This document shows, piece after piece, positions 24,631-38,404 of a stretch of 64,000 bases of DNA. Below the pieces are notes generated by a model. The model searched no databases. It saw nothing but the letters and a program-made list of their open reading frames with translations, and had not been told where the DNA came from. The stretch comes from Octopus sinensis. Taxonomy: Eukaryota. The stretch lies in assembly GCF_006345805.1 (NCBI RefSeq), contig NC_043000.1:156612001-156676000 (forward strand). Reading direction: 5' to 3'. Positions within the stretch are counted from its first letter, which is position 1; each line of letters begins with the position of its first letter. Made by a program: the position numbers and the translations under genes.

Positions 24631-25776
24631 ATGTGTGTGTGCAAACGTAAGTTATTTTTACATACTTTTTTTAATTCCAAAGAAGATAAACATTGAACAA
24701 TACTTTCAAAATTGGAGTTCAGCTCTGATTGTGAAGCCGTGAAGATATTTACACGTATTTGTAGGGTTAATGCGCCCCAGTAACATGTATGGAAACGTAC
24801 ACGTAAATACTGTATTAATATATGTTATCTTTACAGAGCGCGTTTGGAATTATCTATATAATTGATAGCTAAGGGTGTAAAAATTTCAATGAAATCCAGG
24901 TTTAGTCATATATCGATGAAGTTAGTGAAGTTGTAACATGTTGACAATATAATGCCTCCTTGCATTATAATGAGAAATTGAAAGAGAGAGATAATGTCAC
25001 TCTGTCTTTGGAAGAGAAAATTAATTGTCTTGTTGATAGAAAGGCAGAAAAGACAGGAAGCAGTGAAATAGAATGGGAGACATAGCCTGCCAAATGAAGG
25101 GCAAACATATTGAATAGTAACATATAGTTGACAACAGTGTCCCCATACATTATAATGGGAAATTGAAAAGAGAGAGATAATACCACTCTGTCACGCCTAC
25201 ATGTTTGTTGGTGGCTTAACAATCATGGTGAAGCCAAATTTTGGAAATATTGTTCAAGTTTGTCTTCTTTTGGAAAGAAGAACGGTATGGAAAAATAACT
25301 GTGCTATTTCAGTAGAATTCTTCGCATGCGGGAAACGTGAGACGAAAGTGAAACACTAGGAGCAAATCAAAATATTGCCCCAAAATGACCTCAAAATTGT
25401 GCGACCCGACCTCTTTTTTGAGGTTATATTAGTAGCCGAAAGATTACTTAATCTTTTGATACTTCATACATAAGAATCGGCAACTCAGTTTTCGAATCTA
25501 CAAGGAACACACGCACACACAAACTCTCTATTATGTATATATATATATATAATATATATATATGAATGAGTGAACAAACAATAGGAAACAGCACTCAACG
25601 CATTTAGAACTTACATGTGTTATTTGAACCAATTTCATTCCAGAAACCTGAAGAAGATGGGCTCCTTTAGGGACCTGCAATACTTGAAACCGAATCAAAC
25701 TGTTTTAAATAAGAATGATGATGATGATAATAATAATATTAATAATAATAATAACAACAACAACAACAACAACAAC

Positions 25777-25810
<34 letters not shown>

Positions 25811-25974
25811 TTAACAACATCAACATTCAGTCTTTCTAAGCCCTGTAAAAGAATTCGGACGTTTGGGCCTCTAACCATCCCTTTTGTGAGACCCTTAAAG
25901 CCTGGAACTTTTCAACACCCACCCCGTACATAAATCATGCATTTAAATAGCCATCCATCCACCCATCCATCCGT

Positions 25975-27426
25975 CCGTCCATACATACATCCATACACAC
26001 ATACATACATACATACATACATACATACATACATACATACATACATACATACATGCATACATGCATGCATACATACATACATGCATACATACATACAACA
26101 TACATACATACATACATACACACATACATAGTTACATACATGCATGCATACATGCATGCATACATAACTACATACATAACTACATACATACATACATACA
26201 TGCATGCATACATAACTACATACATACATGCATGCATACATACATACATATATATAACTACATACATACATACATACATAACTACATACATGCATACATA
26301 CATACATAACTAACATACATACATACATGCATACACGCATACATACTTACATACATGCATGCATACATACATAACTACATACATAACTACATACATATAT
26401 ACATACACGCATACATACTTACATACATACATACATGCATGCATGCATGCATACATACGTACATACATACACGCATACATACATACATACATACACGCAT
26501 ACATACATACATACATGCACACATACATACATACATACATACATACACGCATACATACATACATACATACATACATACATACTTACATGCATACATACAT
26601 ACATACATGCATACATACATACATACATACATACACGCATACATACATACATACATACATACATGCATACATACATACATACATACATACATACTTACAT
26701 GCATACATACATACATACATACATACATACATACATACATACTTACATGCATACATACGTACATACATACACGCATACATACATACATACATACACACAT
26801 ACATAGTTACATACATGCATGCATACATGCATGCATACATGCATGCATACATAACTACATACATAACTACATACATACATACATACATACATGCATACAT
26901 AACTACATACATACATGCATGCATACATACATACATATATAACTACATACATACATACATACATAACTACATACATGCATACATACATACATAACTACAT
27001 ACATACATACATACATACATGCATACACGCATATATACTTACATACATGCATGCATACATACATAACTACATACATAACTACATACATATATACATACAC
27101 GCATACATACTTACATACATACATACATACACGCATACATACATACATACATACATGCATACATACATACATACATACATACACGCATACATACTTACAT
27201 ACATACATGCATGCATGCATGCATACATACGTACATACATACACGCATACATACATACATACATACACGCATACATCATACATACATACATACATACATA
27301 CATACATACATACATACATACATACATACTTACATACATACATACATACTTACATGCATGCATAGATACATACATACATACATACATACATACATACATA
27401 CATACATACATACATACATACATACA

Positions 27427-27460
<34 letters not shown>
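25975..27460. repeat. Complex (TACA)n array with higher-order duplication
   Basis: TACA units with TAAC, CGCA, TGCA and CTTA variants recurring at ~680-690 bp. Confidence 0.9.
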
Positions 27461-27889
27461 CATTTGCAGGTATTTCGCATCGTTCAATTTTCAACGCAGG
27501 GAATTTTACTTTGTCTTCACATCCTTATTCAAATTCATTGCGTTGTTGCTGCTAGTGTCCCTGCTACAGCAACTCTTATCATTGTGAACAATTTCTCATG
27601 CTTGCCAGGTCCTTGTTTTCTTTGTCTCTTCTTTTGCAGGACGAAATATTTGCACTAAATTCATAAAGTTGGCAATTACGGTAGCTCCAGCGTAGCAAAC
27701 ACCAATGGTTTCATTTCCTTAAACTTTGCCGTTCATCCTTTCAGGGTCTATAAAACAAGTATCAGTTGAGTACTAGGGTCAATCTAATAGACTACCCCCC
27801 CCCCACACCAGAATTTCAGGTTTTGTGCCTATAGTAGAAAGGATATTTAGACGCTGCTTAATTGCTCTTGAGAATAGGATAATTGTTTA

Positions 27890-28313
27890 CTCTTTTACTC
27901 TTTTACTTGTTTCAGTCATTTGACTGCGGCCATGCTGGAGCACCGCCTTTAGTCGAGCAACTCGAACCCGGGACTTATTCTTTTGTAAGCCCAGTACTTA
28001 TTCTATCGGTCTCTTTTGCCGAACCTCTAAGTAACGGGGACATAAACACACCAGCATCGGTTGTCAAGCAATGCTAGGGGGCAAAACACAGACACACAAA
28101 CACACACACGCATATTTATATATATAGATATATATATATATATATATATACGACGGGCTTCTTTCAGTTTCTGTCTACCAAATCCACTCACAAGGCTTTG
28201 GTCAGCCCGAGGCTATAGTAGAAGACACTTGCCCAAGGTGCCACGCAGTGGGACTGAACCCGGAACCATGTGGTTGGTAAACAAGCTACTTACCACACAG
28301 CCACTCCTGCGCC
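27890..28313 (-). mobile_element. SINE family A, full length
   Basis: Pol III A/B-like boxes TGGCTGTGTGG and GGTTCAGTCCC, CORE-like CCTTGGGCAAGT, internal (TA/TG)n, (AAAAGAGT)n tail. Confidence 0.92.
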
Positions 28314-28639
28314 TAACTCCTGTTGCTTAAAATTCTTATCTATTCTTTTAAAATGTAGCTTTATGATTTCGATTCTTTCGGAATTTGTACATATAATATG
28401 GCGGAAGACGAGAATCAAGGTGCATGAGGTGACGGGAATTAAATTGAAAGGCAAATAGGTAACTGACCTGCGATAAGTCAATTACATATTGAAAGTAAAC
28501 GAATAGATAATGAAGGCGCTAACTGTAAAATGCGGTTAATGTTATCGCATTTGAAAGCTTTTATCTTTGTTTAAGTAATTAAACCGAAATATATCACGAC
28601 GTTTACCAAATGTATTGGACGTGTGAGTTCAGGTACCTC

Positions 28640-29128
28640 TTTGTGTGTATGTGTGTGTGTGCGTGCGTGTGTGTGTGTGTGTGTGAGAGAGAGTGTGTGT
28701 GTGTGTGAGAGAGAGAGTGTGTGTGTGTGTGTGAGAGTGTGTGTGAGTGTGTGCGTGTGTGTGTGAGTGTGTGTGTGTGAGTGTGTGTGTGTGTGTGTTA
28801 GTGTGTGTGTGTGTATGTGTGTGTGTGTGTGTGTGTATGTGTGTGTGAGAGAGTATGTGTGTGTGTGTGAGAGTGTGTGTGTGTGTGTGAGAGTGTGTGT
28901 GTGTGTGAGTATGTGTGTGTGAGAGTGTGTGTGTGAGTGTGTGAGTGTGTGTGTGTGAGTGTGTGAGTGTGTGAGTGTGTGTGTGTGCGTGTGGGTGTGT
29001 GAGAGAGTGCGTGTGTGTGTGCGTGAGAGAGTGTGTGTGTGTGTGAGTGTGTGTGTGTGTCTGCGTGTGCGTGTGTGTGTGAGTGTGTGAGTGTGTGTGT
29101 GTGCGCGTGTGTGTGTGTGTGTGAGTGT
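28640..29128. repeat. (GT)n/(GA)n compound microsatellite
   Basis: Direct reading. Confidence 0.95.
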
Positions 29129-29569
29129 GAATAATGTGAAGGTTAAATCGTGTGAAGACAGGAAAGGAAAACTATCAAATCAACTTTAGAATATATACAT
29201 GCGCACACCTCTCTCTCTCTCTCTTTCACACAAAAGCACACACGCGAGCGCTCACACCATTACACACCCACACATACGCATGGCCATGCATACCCGCCAT
29301 AGGTACACATGTGCATACTTAGTTAATTAGTGCCTTTAATGGGAATTGTTGTCGATTACTGCCAATTATTAAAGATTATTTGTTAACGTTCATTTTCCAT
29401 TGTAACAGTTTGGTTCACTTTATTTCATATATTATATGTACACAGTTCGAAAGACCGCCAGTAAGTCAGTTAATTAGCTTCAATTATTATTCTGTCCATT
29501 TAATTTAGCCCCATTCTTCAACCCATGACCGGGAAGATCTACAATCAAAGGCACTAAACATTATCCCCA

Positions 29570-29633
<64 letters not shown>

Positions 29634-30327
29634 CTTCCATTCACTTCTTTTAAATATGATGTAATTTAAGGAAAATCTTGGTATTATTTCTAGCAGATTA
29701 ACGAGAGACCTGCTATGTGCTTGTAGCCAACAGTTCCCGCGATGGCTCGTATTTCTTTTATTATGGTTGAGACGACAGCGATTGAATGTGACGACTATAA
29801 GATTGAAATCAGTTGGAATATCTTTGGTGCAGTTGGAGAGCTGAAAGTAGTAGACGGGAAAGAAAGTAAGAAGGTTGTTAATCAAAATGAAACCGTAAAC
29901 CCTCATTTAAAAGCTTAATAGCCATTTCTACTAATGGCACAAGACCTATTTAAAAGATTAATAATGAGCGCCATAACGTCCATTAATGTAACAGGGAGAC
30001 ATAATAATCCCAGTTAACCTGATTTTTGTCAGCAGTGGGCATACGAGCTTACATTTTGAGGACAGAGTACAGTCGAGGGGTCTATGGAAACTGAGTTCAT
30101 TTGTTTTATTGGCCCAGAACTTGAGAAGCCAAAGAAGGCCTTACGTAACTCCCAAGCAGGTTTCTCAAAAGTAAATAAATAAATGAATAAATAAATAAAT
30201 AAGAATTATAACCTGTTTTTGAATTATTTTGGGGGGATGCCCCTCCATCCCTCCCCTCCCATTGTCCAAAGTCCGTCTTGTGCTGCCTGTCCAAATTTCT
30301 CTAAGACGACTTGGTTATACCCTGCAA

Positions 30328-30460
30328 GTCCGCCGAGGTCGACTTTGCCTTTCATCCTTTCGGGGTCGATAAATTAAATACCAGCTGCGTACTGGGTTCG
30401 ATCTAATCGACTGGCACCCTCCCCCAAAATTTCGGGCCTTATGTCTAGAGTAGAAAAGAA
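30328..30460 (+). mobile_element. SINE family B core with second tail type
   Basis: Core as in B; tail CCCCCAAAATTTCGGGCCTTATGTCTAGAGTAGAAA, also at ~27720-27845 and ~33390-33490. Confidence 0.85.
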
Positions 30461-30789
30461 TAATACCCTGCAAGTACTTTCTGCTTTTTTAGTTACTACT
30501 GTGTTTGTTTCCTACTATCAATTGGCCGGTACTCATTTTATCAGAGAACAAAAATAAAGTGAGAGGGGGAAAATATCGTATTTGTTTTAAATACCATAAA
30601 CAATAGTAAACGAAATCAAACAAATAATATTTTAAGTCATTTACTAACTAACAGTACATAACTTGCACATAATGAAAACAGTTTATATAATGTGAAAACA
30701 AAAATATTCAATCTCTTAAATACGATGTTTCATTTTGGAACTTCTATGTATTTTCTCTGTGACATTTCTTTATAACCTTTTTAATGAGG

Positions 30790-31650
30790 AGAGAGTCTCC
30801 TAGTCTAAGAGGAGGGAAGAAAAGGGATCTAAAGGAACGGGTAAGGACTGCATCAGATTTTGAGATTCAGGGACATGAGGAGCTTTTGAAAGACCTGAAC
30901 GTAAATCCCCGTGCCTTCAGCAAAACAGAATCAAGAAGAAATCGGTAGAATAAAAAGAAAACCCTCAATCGCTGTTTCAGAGGCAACTTCTGGGTTGTCA
31001 AGAAACTATTCGAGCAATCAAAGTGTGAGACATTCAAGGTGGAGAAAGAAACTCTTGAACAACCCAAGAAAACTTATTCTCTTTGAGAGGCATTACTTGA
31101 GATTCAGAGTCTGATGTGGCCAGCGATGCCAGAAGAAATGTTTAATAACAAACCCCCCGCTCAATGAAATTTAAAAGAATTATTTCACAAATGAACCAAA
31201 TGGGGTGCCTTATCCGCTGTATAGAAATATGTTTCAATGTTCTTCGGTGATTTCAAAAATAGTTATGGTCAACGAGGAGGAACTTGAAGACCAGCAATCA
31301 GTAGATGATAGCGGATGGATGTATATTCTTAAAGAACAGAACTCGTGTATCATTTATAAGTTAATGTTATATGAATTCTGTGACTCGTATGCAACATCAC
31401 CTTTGAATATTGAGGAGTAAACTTTGTTTTTTTGCTCTGGCAGGAAGGTTAACGATATATATCTCACAAGAATTAAGTACCTAGATATGTAAGTAAAAAA
31501 AAAGTGGCACCCCGGGAGTGTCTGGATGCGTAGAGCACGTCTTGATGATTTGGTGAGAAAGACAGAGAGCTGGCACAGAGTAGATGGACCTTGGTGTTGT
31601 GTGGGTTGATATAACAAATGCCTATAAATTAGTCAGCAGCCCTACCTCAA
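30790..31650 (+). mobile_element. Decayed HERO/NeSL-like non-LTR RT fragment
   Basis: Manual translation: ESRRNR..KKLFEQSK..VEKETLE; YILKEQNS; LNIE; PGVSGCVEH; DLGVVWVDITNAY. Confidence 0.7.
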
Positions 31651-31964
31651 CTAACCATCATCTAAAGCAAATTCAAAACAACTGTATTTAACAAATAAAA
31701 CTTAAAAGTAATGAACTCATTATTTTGTTGTTTTTACATGAATCGCTACCCCATTATCGCCCCACTTTTCTTCAACACCCCCTTGGAACTTTCCACCGAC
31801 CCCAGGGGTGGGCGCAGTATTGCCCGCTTTGGGAACTACTGCTCTTCAGTAGTTCCCAAAGTGCAGCTTGTAATCGATTTTAAGTGCAATCTTCTTGAGC
31901 TCGAATTCATTCATCATTCTGTAAGAATAAATACTCTAGTTTCAGCCACTGACGTTGTAATAAT

Positions 31965-32411
31965 AACCCTTTCTACTATAGGCACAAAGCTCGAAATTTT
32001 GTGGGGAGTGGATAGTCAATTACATGGACCCCAATACTTGACCGACACTTATTTCATCGACCCCGAAAGAATGAAAGGCAAAGTCGGCCTCGGCGGAATT
32101 TGAGCTCAGAATAGAAAGACGAACGAAATGCAGCTAATTGCTCTACTCGGCTCTTGGTTCTGCGAGTTTGCTGCCTTACTAAGGTTGCGTAATAATGATT
32201 TCAAAGTTTTGCACAAGGCCAGCAATTTCGAGGGAGTGGTAAGTCGATAACATTGAAACCATTGTTTTAACTGGGACTTATTTTATCGACCTCAAAAGGA
32301 TAAGAAGCAAGGTCGACCTTGGTGGAATTTTAAATTCATAAGGTAAAGGCGGACGAAATACCACTAAGTATTTTATCCCGCATGCTAACTATTCTGCCAA
32401 CTCACCGCCTT
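31965..32411 (-). mobile_element. Two tandem SINE B copies with different tails
   Basis: 31965-32177 and 32196-32411 each carry the reverse core ATCGACC.C.AAAG.AT.A.A.GCAA.GTCG. Confidence 0.85.
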
Positions 32412-33599
32412 GCTGAGACTGTATAATAATACAATCGCTAGTATATTTTGTAATTGTTGGAATAAATTATGCTGCATTAATTAGCAGGAAGTTAGAAAAT
32501 TGTCGCCAGATAGAATGCCTTCTACTGTTTCCCGGTTTTCTGCTCTCCTGTTTTGAAATTCCGCTGAGGTCAGCTTTGCTTTTCATTTTCCGGTTGTTAA
32601 TAAATAAAACATCGGTCAAATACTGGATCGATTTCTTTCATCCTTGTAAGGTAGATAAAATAGTTTACAGCAACTCATGTCGAGTCTACGACTATATTTC
32701 AGTTCTCATATCGGAGCCCCTTTACAGTAGTTAATTTAGTTAACCTTTCTTGGGAACTCATGTATGTCATAATTCTCACCTCTAGCTAAAATCCACAGAT
32801 TTCATATCAGCTCGTGCTAAAGGGAAAATAATAAAAAAAAAACACTTACTCCGACCCTGTCTCTGTAATATAAAGCTTTGACCTAAAAGTGAAACACTCT
32901 TGTAGCTAATTTATGAGATTCGATTTACATCTAAAAGTAGCATGGGAGGTACTGTCCGCTAGCTTTAAGATAGAAAAGGTGCCACAGCCAATCGGGGAAG
33001 CTTCAAGCTAATTGCATTGTTTTTCTTCACTTCTTGTAGTTTACTGTTTTCTGTCTGCGATTTCTCTCACCACTTTTATCTAAAGCGAAGATTTCTCAAG
33101 AATTGCTTATCACATATGATTGATTTCTGTCGAAATCTGGAGAACATCACTTCCAGCTACTGTATGAGGTCAAAGAAGATAATATTGATTCTTTTTTATT
33201 TGGCAGAAAGCCATATTTTGTAGTGGAAGTTAAACTGCAAGTTGGTATAATAATACTGGTACGTTTATATAATGCAAAATAGACTTTAACGAGATTTGAA
33301 ACCGGGACATGTGAGAGACAACATCTAAACATACTATCATGCACAGTACAAAGATCGCTTATTTGTTTTGAGGTCAAATTTTGTTGCATTGACTTTGCTT
33401 ATTAAATAAGAACCTATGAGCGCTGGGGTTGACACAATCGACTAGATCCCTTCTCCAAAATTTCACTTTTTGTGCCTAGAGTAGAAAGAAGAAAGAGGGG
33501 GGAAGGGAAAATTTCTCTAACAACATTTTTTTAATGGTAAACTTGTATTTGTATGTGAAAAAGGCCACAGAACAATTATTATTGGAAGAAAGAAGGTCA

Positions 33600-34382
33600 G
33601 GCTTGGGTAAGATGGAAGATTGCAAAGATAAAGCAATGTACAAGCACTTGACAAATGAATGAAACTGAAAACAGATGGGTAAAGAAAAGAATGCATGGAC
33701 AGTTTCATAGGGATGTTGAAAATAAGACAGACAGAGAAAAAAGATGGCTATTGATGACTAAAAGTGAATTAAAACCGGAAACGGAGGCTCTAATCTGTGC
33801 TGCCCAAGAGCAAGCACTAAGACCGAATTACATCAAATACAAAATAGACAACACACCAGAAAGGGATAAGTGCAGAATTTCTGGACAAAATGGTGAAACC
33901 GTATGGCATATTACCAGTCAATGTACACCACAAGGCCAGAAAGAATATAAGAGACGTCATGACAATATAGCAAAGATTGTCTATTGGGCATTTTGCAACA
34001 AGTATAGACTTGAGAGAGCAAAAAAGTGGTACGAACATAAACCCGAAAGCATCATCGAAAATGATAATGCAAAGATCCTATGGGATTTTATGATTGAGTG
34101 TGACCATGAGATGGAGAATAGGAAGCCTGACATAGTGTTAATTGAGTAAGAAAGCAAAGGATGCTAACAACAATGTATGAGATAAGAAAGAAAAGTCGAT
34201 AGATATGACAGGTTAGCTTGGGGGTTTAAGCAGTTGTGGTCGATGAAAAAGGTGATAGAAGTACCATTAATTGTCGGAGCCCTGAGAACAGTGAGTAAAA
34301 ATCTTGAGAAGTACATGGAACAAATAGGGGCTGCAATAAAGGTAGATCACTTGCAGAAAACAGCACTGCTTGGAACCACTCG
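33600..34382 (+). mobile_element. R4/Dong-like element C-terminal region (decayed CCHC knuckle + RLE)
   Basis: MHGQF..LKPETEALICAAQEQAL..CR..ETVWHI..C..RRHD..ILWDF..RKPDIVL..PLIVGAL..LQKTALLGT. Confidence 0.9.
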
Positions 34383-35940
34383 TCTAAGCAATTTTATTGT
34401 TTTGAAACCACTATGTACCTACATACCCAGTTTCATCGGGGGTGACATCGACTTCCTGTTCCATCTTCCCAAAACAAGAGAAACGAATTCACTTTAACTT
34501 AGTTTTGATGAGGTAAGCCTTTACACCAATATTCCACATGATTTAGGAATAAAGACGATTAAATACTGAAGAGAAAAACATATAGAAGTGATGCCCAAAG
34601 CTTTCTCACTTTCTGAGCGTTAAACTAATACATATGTTTGTTGTTTACATACCCGTCTTCGTCTTTTGTTTTGTAAATTCTCACTATATTAGACACAGTC
34701 AGACTTATTCTGGAAAACATCACATTATTCTTCAGTGGAAAGAATTACATCCAAATTAAAGGCACAGCGATAGGAACGAGTTTTGCTTCCGTTTACGCGA
34801 ACTCTGTAATGGAATACTTAGAACAATAACTCTACCAAGAAGTAGAGGAAATCTATAGCAATGGATTTAGAAAGTATATTGAAAAGGCATGGAAGAGATA
34901 CCTTGATGACTGCATAATAATCTGGACAGAATCTCTAAATAATCTGGAAGAGTTCAATATCCTCCTGAACAACCTGCACTTATCTCTCCAATTTACAAAG
35001 GAGATGAGTAGTACCAAATTACCATTACTAGATATAATGGTAGTTAAAAATGACACCAACCTTACTACAGATATATACTATAAACAGACGGACACACTTC
35101 TATATCTGAGTTTTTAGTCGTGCCATCCACCATATTCAAAAAGTTAAATTCTATAGTACCTAGTCAGAAGAATTTTTATCATTGTAAAAAATGCGAATAT
35201 CAGTAACAAACGCCTAACAGGAATAAGAGAACTTTTGCTCAAATAAAAATATCTGTTTCTACTTATAGAAAATGGCATACAGCAGGTTATAAAAATACCC
35301 TTACAACAACTTAGGATAACCCAAAGAAGAGGAAAGCAAGAACAGGTCATACCGTTTATAGTGACACACAATCCATGTCACCAGAATATCTTCAACATTG
35401 CCAAAGCAAACCTACCAATCGAAGTAATGAATTAAAAAATATAATCACGGATTGAGCTACGGTTGTTAGTAAAAGACAACCTACAAATTTGAAAAAATTA
35501 TTAGCAAAGGCAAAGTTTTAACTTAGCAACAGAGATCAATCATTCACTGTATTTAAATGCAATGAGAGCCGGTGTGGCACATTCCAGTTCATACATACCG
35601 GTCAATATATGAACACAAAAACCGGAAAAATATTCACAAACGCAAATATGAACTGCAAAAGCAGAAATTTAATTTACTGCATCAAATGCCCGAAATGTGA
35701 AAAACTATATGTAGGTCAAACTGGAAATTCATTATCAGAATGTTCACGTGTTCACCGACAGCAAATTAGAGACCCAAATGCCAGTCATATACCTTTGAGT
35801 AACCGTCTAGCAACATGTAGTCGGAAAATATTAATAATATTTCCATCTCACAAACTATACAGTCCAAGTGAAATCGAGAGAAAAATCATAGAAAAGAACT
35901 TTATTGATAAATTCGAACCCAAGGTAAATAAACAATAATA
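34383..35940 (+). mobile_element. Penelope-like element RT + GIY-YIG, pseudogenised
   Basis: SFDEVSLYTNIPH, GTAIGT.FA..YAN, WKRYLDDC, YYKQTD; ORF 35609..35938 CKSRNLIYCIKCPKCEKLYVGQT; many stops. Confidence 0.9.
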
Positions 35941-36796
35941 ATAATACTCAGAGGTACTATTTCTACTGCTACGACCACTACCATTAACAACAACAACAAT
36001 ACTAAAGTTTCTCATGATGACGATAGCAAGAAAATACTAAGTCAAGAGAAAAGTCAGTAAAAATAATCTTATTTATGGTTTAAAAATCTATTAACACAAC
36101 TACTCCTACCACTACCAACGGCAACAATAATAAAGATGATGATAATGGTGATGATGATAACTGAAATGTAAAAATCCCCGAGAAATGTTGTTTACAATAT
36201 TTCTAAATATTGGTCAGGGTCAAAATACAGATTTCTTGACATGTTCAACAAACCGTGACGCTTAAAACAAAACAATCCACTTAAGTGATTTAGTGAAGCC
36301 ACATACTGATTGGTCAGAATAGTTTACAAAACTTAACATGCTGGAACCTATTCAAATCTAGGAAGTGAGTCACACATTTTAGCCATCTCACTACAGTTGT
36401 AAATTATAACTGTCACCGCTACTATATGAACCTTCATCATGGAATGCAACACATTGAAGATTTAAAGGCTGGCCCAAATTTTTTAGCTTGATGTAATAGA
36501 GAATACCTAAACACCCACTCCTATAAATTTTAATCCCCTTCCAGCGCCATTTAGACTCCTTTTCACATTTTGGTTAATGTAACCCGATTTCATTCAGGTC
36601 TACTCGGGCCATAATTTATAAGATGAGGAATTTTGTCCTAGAGGTCATGCCTTTAATTTGAGGAAAAAAATAGTTGCCGTGCAAACTCGCCAGTACTTTT
36701 CACATAGGTGTGCATATTTTCAGCTCAACCAACCAACCACATAATGCACACATTATATATATATATATATATGTGTGTGTGTACGCATTATATATA

Positions 36797-37180
36797 CAGG
36801 AGTGGCTGTGTGGTAAGTAGCTTGCTAACCAACCACATGGTTCCGGGTTCAGTCCCACTGCGTGGCATCTTGGGCAAGTGTCTTCTGCTATAGCCCCGGG
36901 CCGACCAATGCCTTGTGAGTGGATTTGGTAGACGGAAACTGAAAGAAGCCTGTCGTATATATGTATATATATATATGTGCGTGTATGTGTGTGTGTCTGT
37001 GTTTGTCCCCCTAGCATTGCTTGACAACCGATGCCGGTGTGTTTACGTCCCCATCACTTAGCGGTTCGGCAAAAGAGACCGATAGAATAAGTACTGGGCT
37101 TACAAAGAATAAGTCCCGGGGTCGATTTGCTCGACTAAAGGCGGTGCTCCAAATGACTGAAACAAGTAAAAGTGTAAAAG
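36797..37180 (+). mobile_element. SINE family A
   Basis: Near-identical to 62787-63197. Confidence 0.92.
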
Positions 37181-38345
37181 AGTAGAGAGTATATATATAA
37201 ATATAAATACAGATATATACACTTTGTATATATACATTATGTATACATATTTATATATAGAACACACACGCACATACACATATATATAAATTAACCAAAT
37301 AAATATCTGATTCATAATATTTGTTCTCATGATTGGGTGGTCGTGGTGGCGATAATAAAACTCTCTATGAATGCAGACAGACGTACAGAGAGAGAGGGAG
37401 GCGGTGGGGAAAAGAGGGACGGCGCTGGCGAAGGCAGCGGGGGAAAGATAGTAGTATCTGTCAAACATCGTTATAGAGAGAAAGTGATGGGAAGGGAGGA
37501 AACGGAGAGAGAGATGGAGGAAGACATGCAGATAAGAGAACGAGAGGAGTCTTGTGAAAGTGTGCGTTTTTTGCCCTAGTAACCACACCTTTTAAGATAG
37601 GGGTTTCTAAGCTAGCCCACTCGCATCCTCACCCCCATTTTACATGACCCTGTAAATTTTGGAGTCAATCCGACGGGATCTAGTGGCATTTAACCCGTTC
37701 CAATGCCAAAACCAGACAAACAAACTTTTCACATTTCAGATTTATATGTATATATAAATATATATATATATATATAAACATACATACACAATATATATAT
37801 ATATACACATATATATACATACACACATATATATATATATATATACACATATATACACAATATATACACATATATATACATACACAGTATGTATGTATAT
37901 ATATGTGTGTGTGTGTATGTATAAACATACATATATATATAAGCATACATATAAACATATATAAACATATATATATAAACATACATATATATAAACATAC
38001 ATATATAAACATACATATATATATATAAACATACATATATATATATATATAAACATACATATATAGATAAACATATATATATATATATATATATATAAAC
38101 ACGTATATTTATAAAGAAGGATAATATCGATATTTAAATATCGATATTATCAAGTGGTCAGCATGGGAAAAAATACCGTACAAAGGTGATAATTTTTTAC
38201 AACTAAAAATAAGGGTGTCTGAGAGACACCACCATGACGAAATAGCAGTCAAAACCCTGACTTTAAAAACCACGTTAAATGTTCATATCGTACCATGAGA
38301 TAAGACAGAGGGACAAAATAGACTAGCAAAAAATATTATTGAATA

Positions 38346-38404
38346 ATTCAAGATCCAGGATTTCTGATTTTGCTTTAAATAAGCTTTACCGTCATCGGTT
38401 GAAT
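38346..38404 (-). ncRNA. Candidate type I hammerhead ribozyme (U4C core variant)
   Basis: ATTCAA-CCGATGA-[stem II with GCTT/AAGC]-GAAA-TCC T GGA-TC-TTGAAT. Confidence 0.65.

Larger units (their letters stand above)
22266..25535 (-). mobile_element. Helitron-like element (~3.3 kb) with nested insertions; far boundary uncertain
   Basis: Minus-strand 3' end CCCGGGCAACGCCGG..CTAG|T at 22266; internal repeats 22480-22690/25373-25505 and 24963-25006/25148-25192. Confidence 0.55.

Noticed and set aside
25640-25705. CTGAAGA..GAAA..TC hammerhead-like string; similar weak cases at 755-840, 2470-2520, 21645-21705 and 22405-22435
   Set aside because: Stem I or III pairing is poor or the core is too degenerate; not called without a covariance-model score
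25912-27658. Long ORFs such as MYVCMYVC.. and HTYIHTYI..
   Set aside because: Translations of (TACA)n; the same applies to the YI-, VC- and TH-rich ORFs throughout the window
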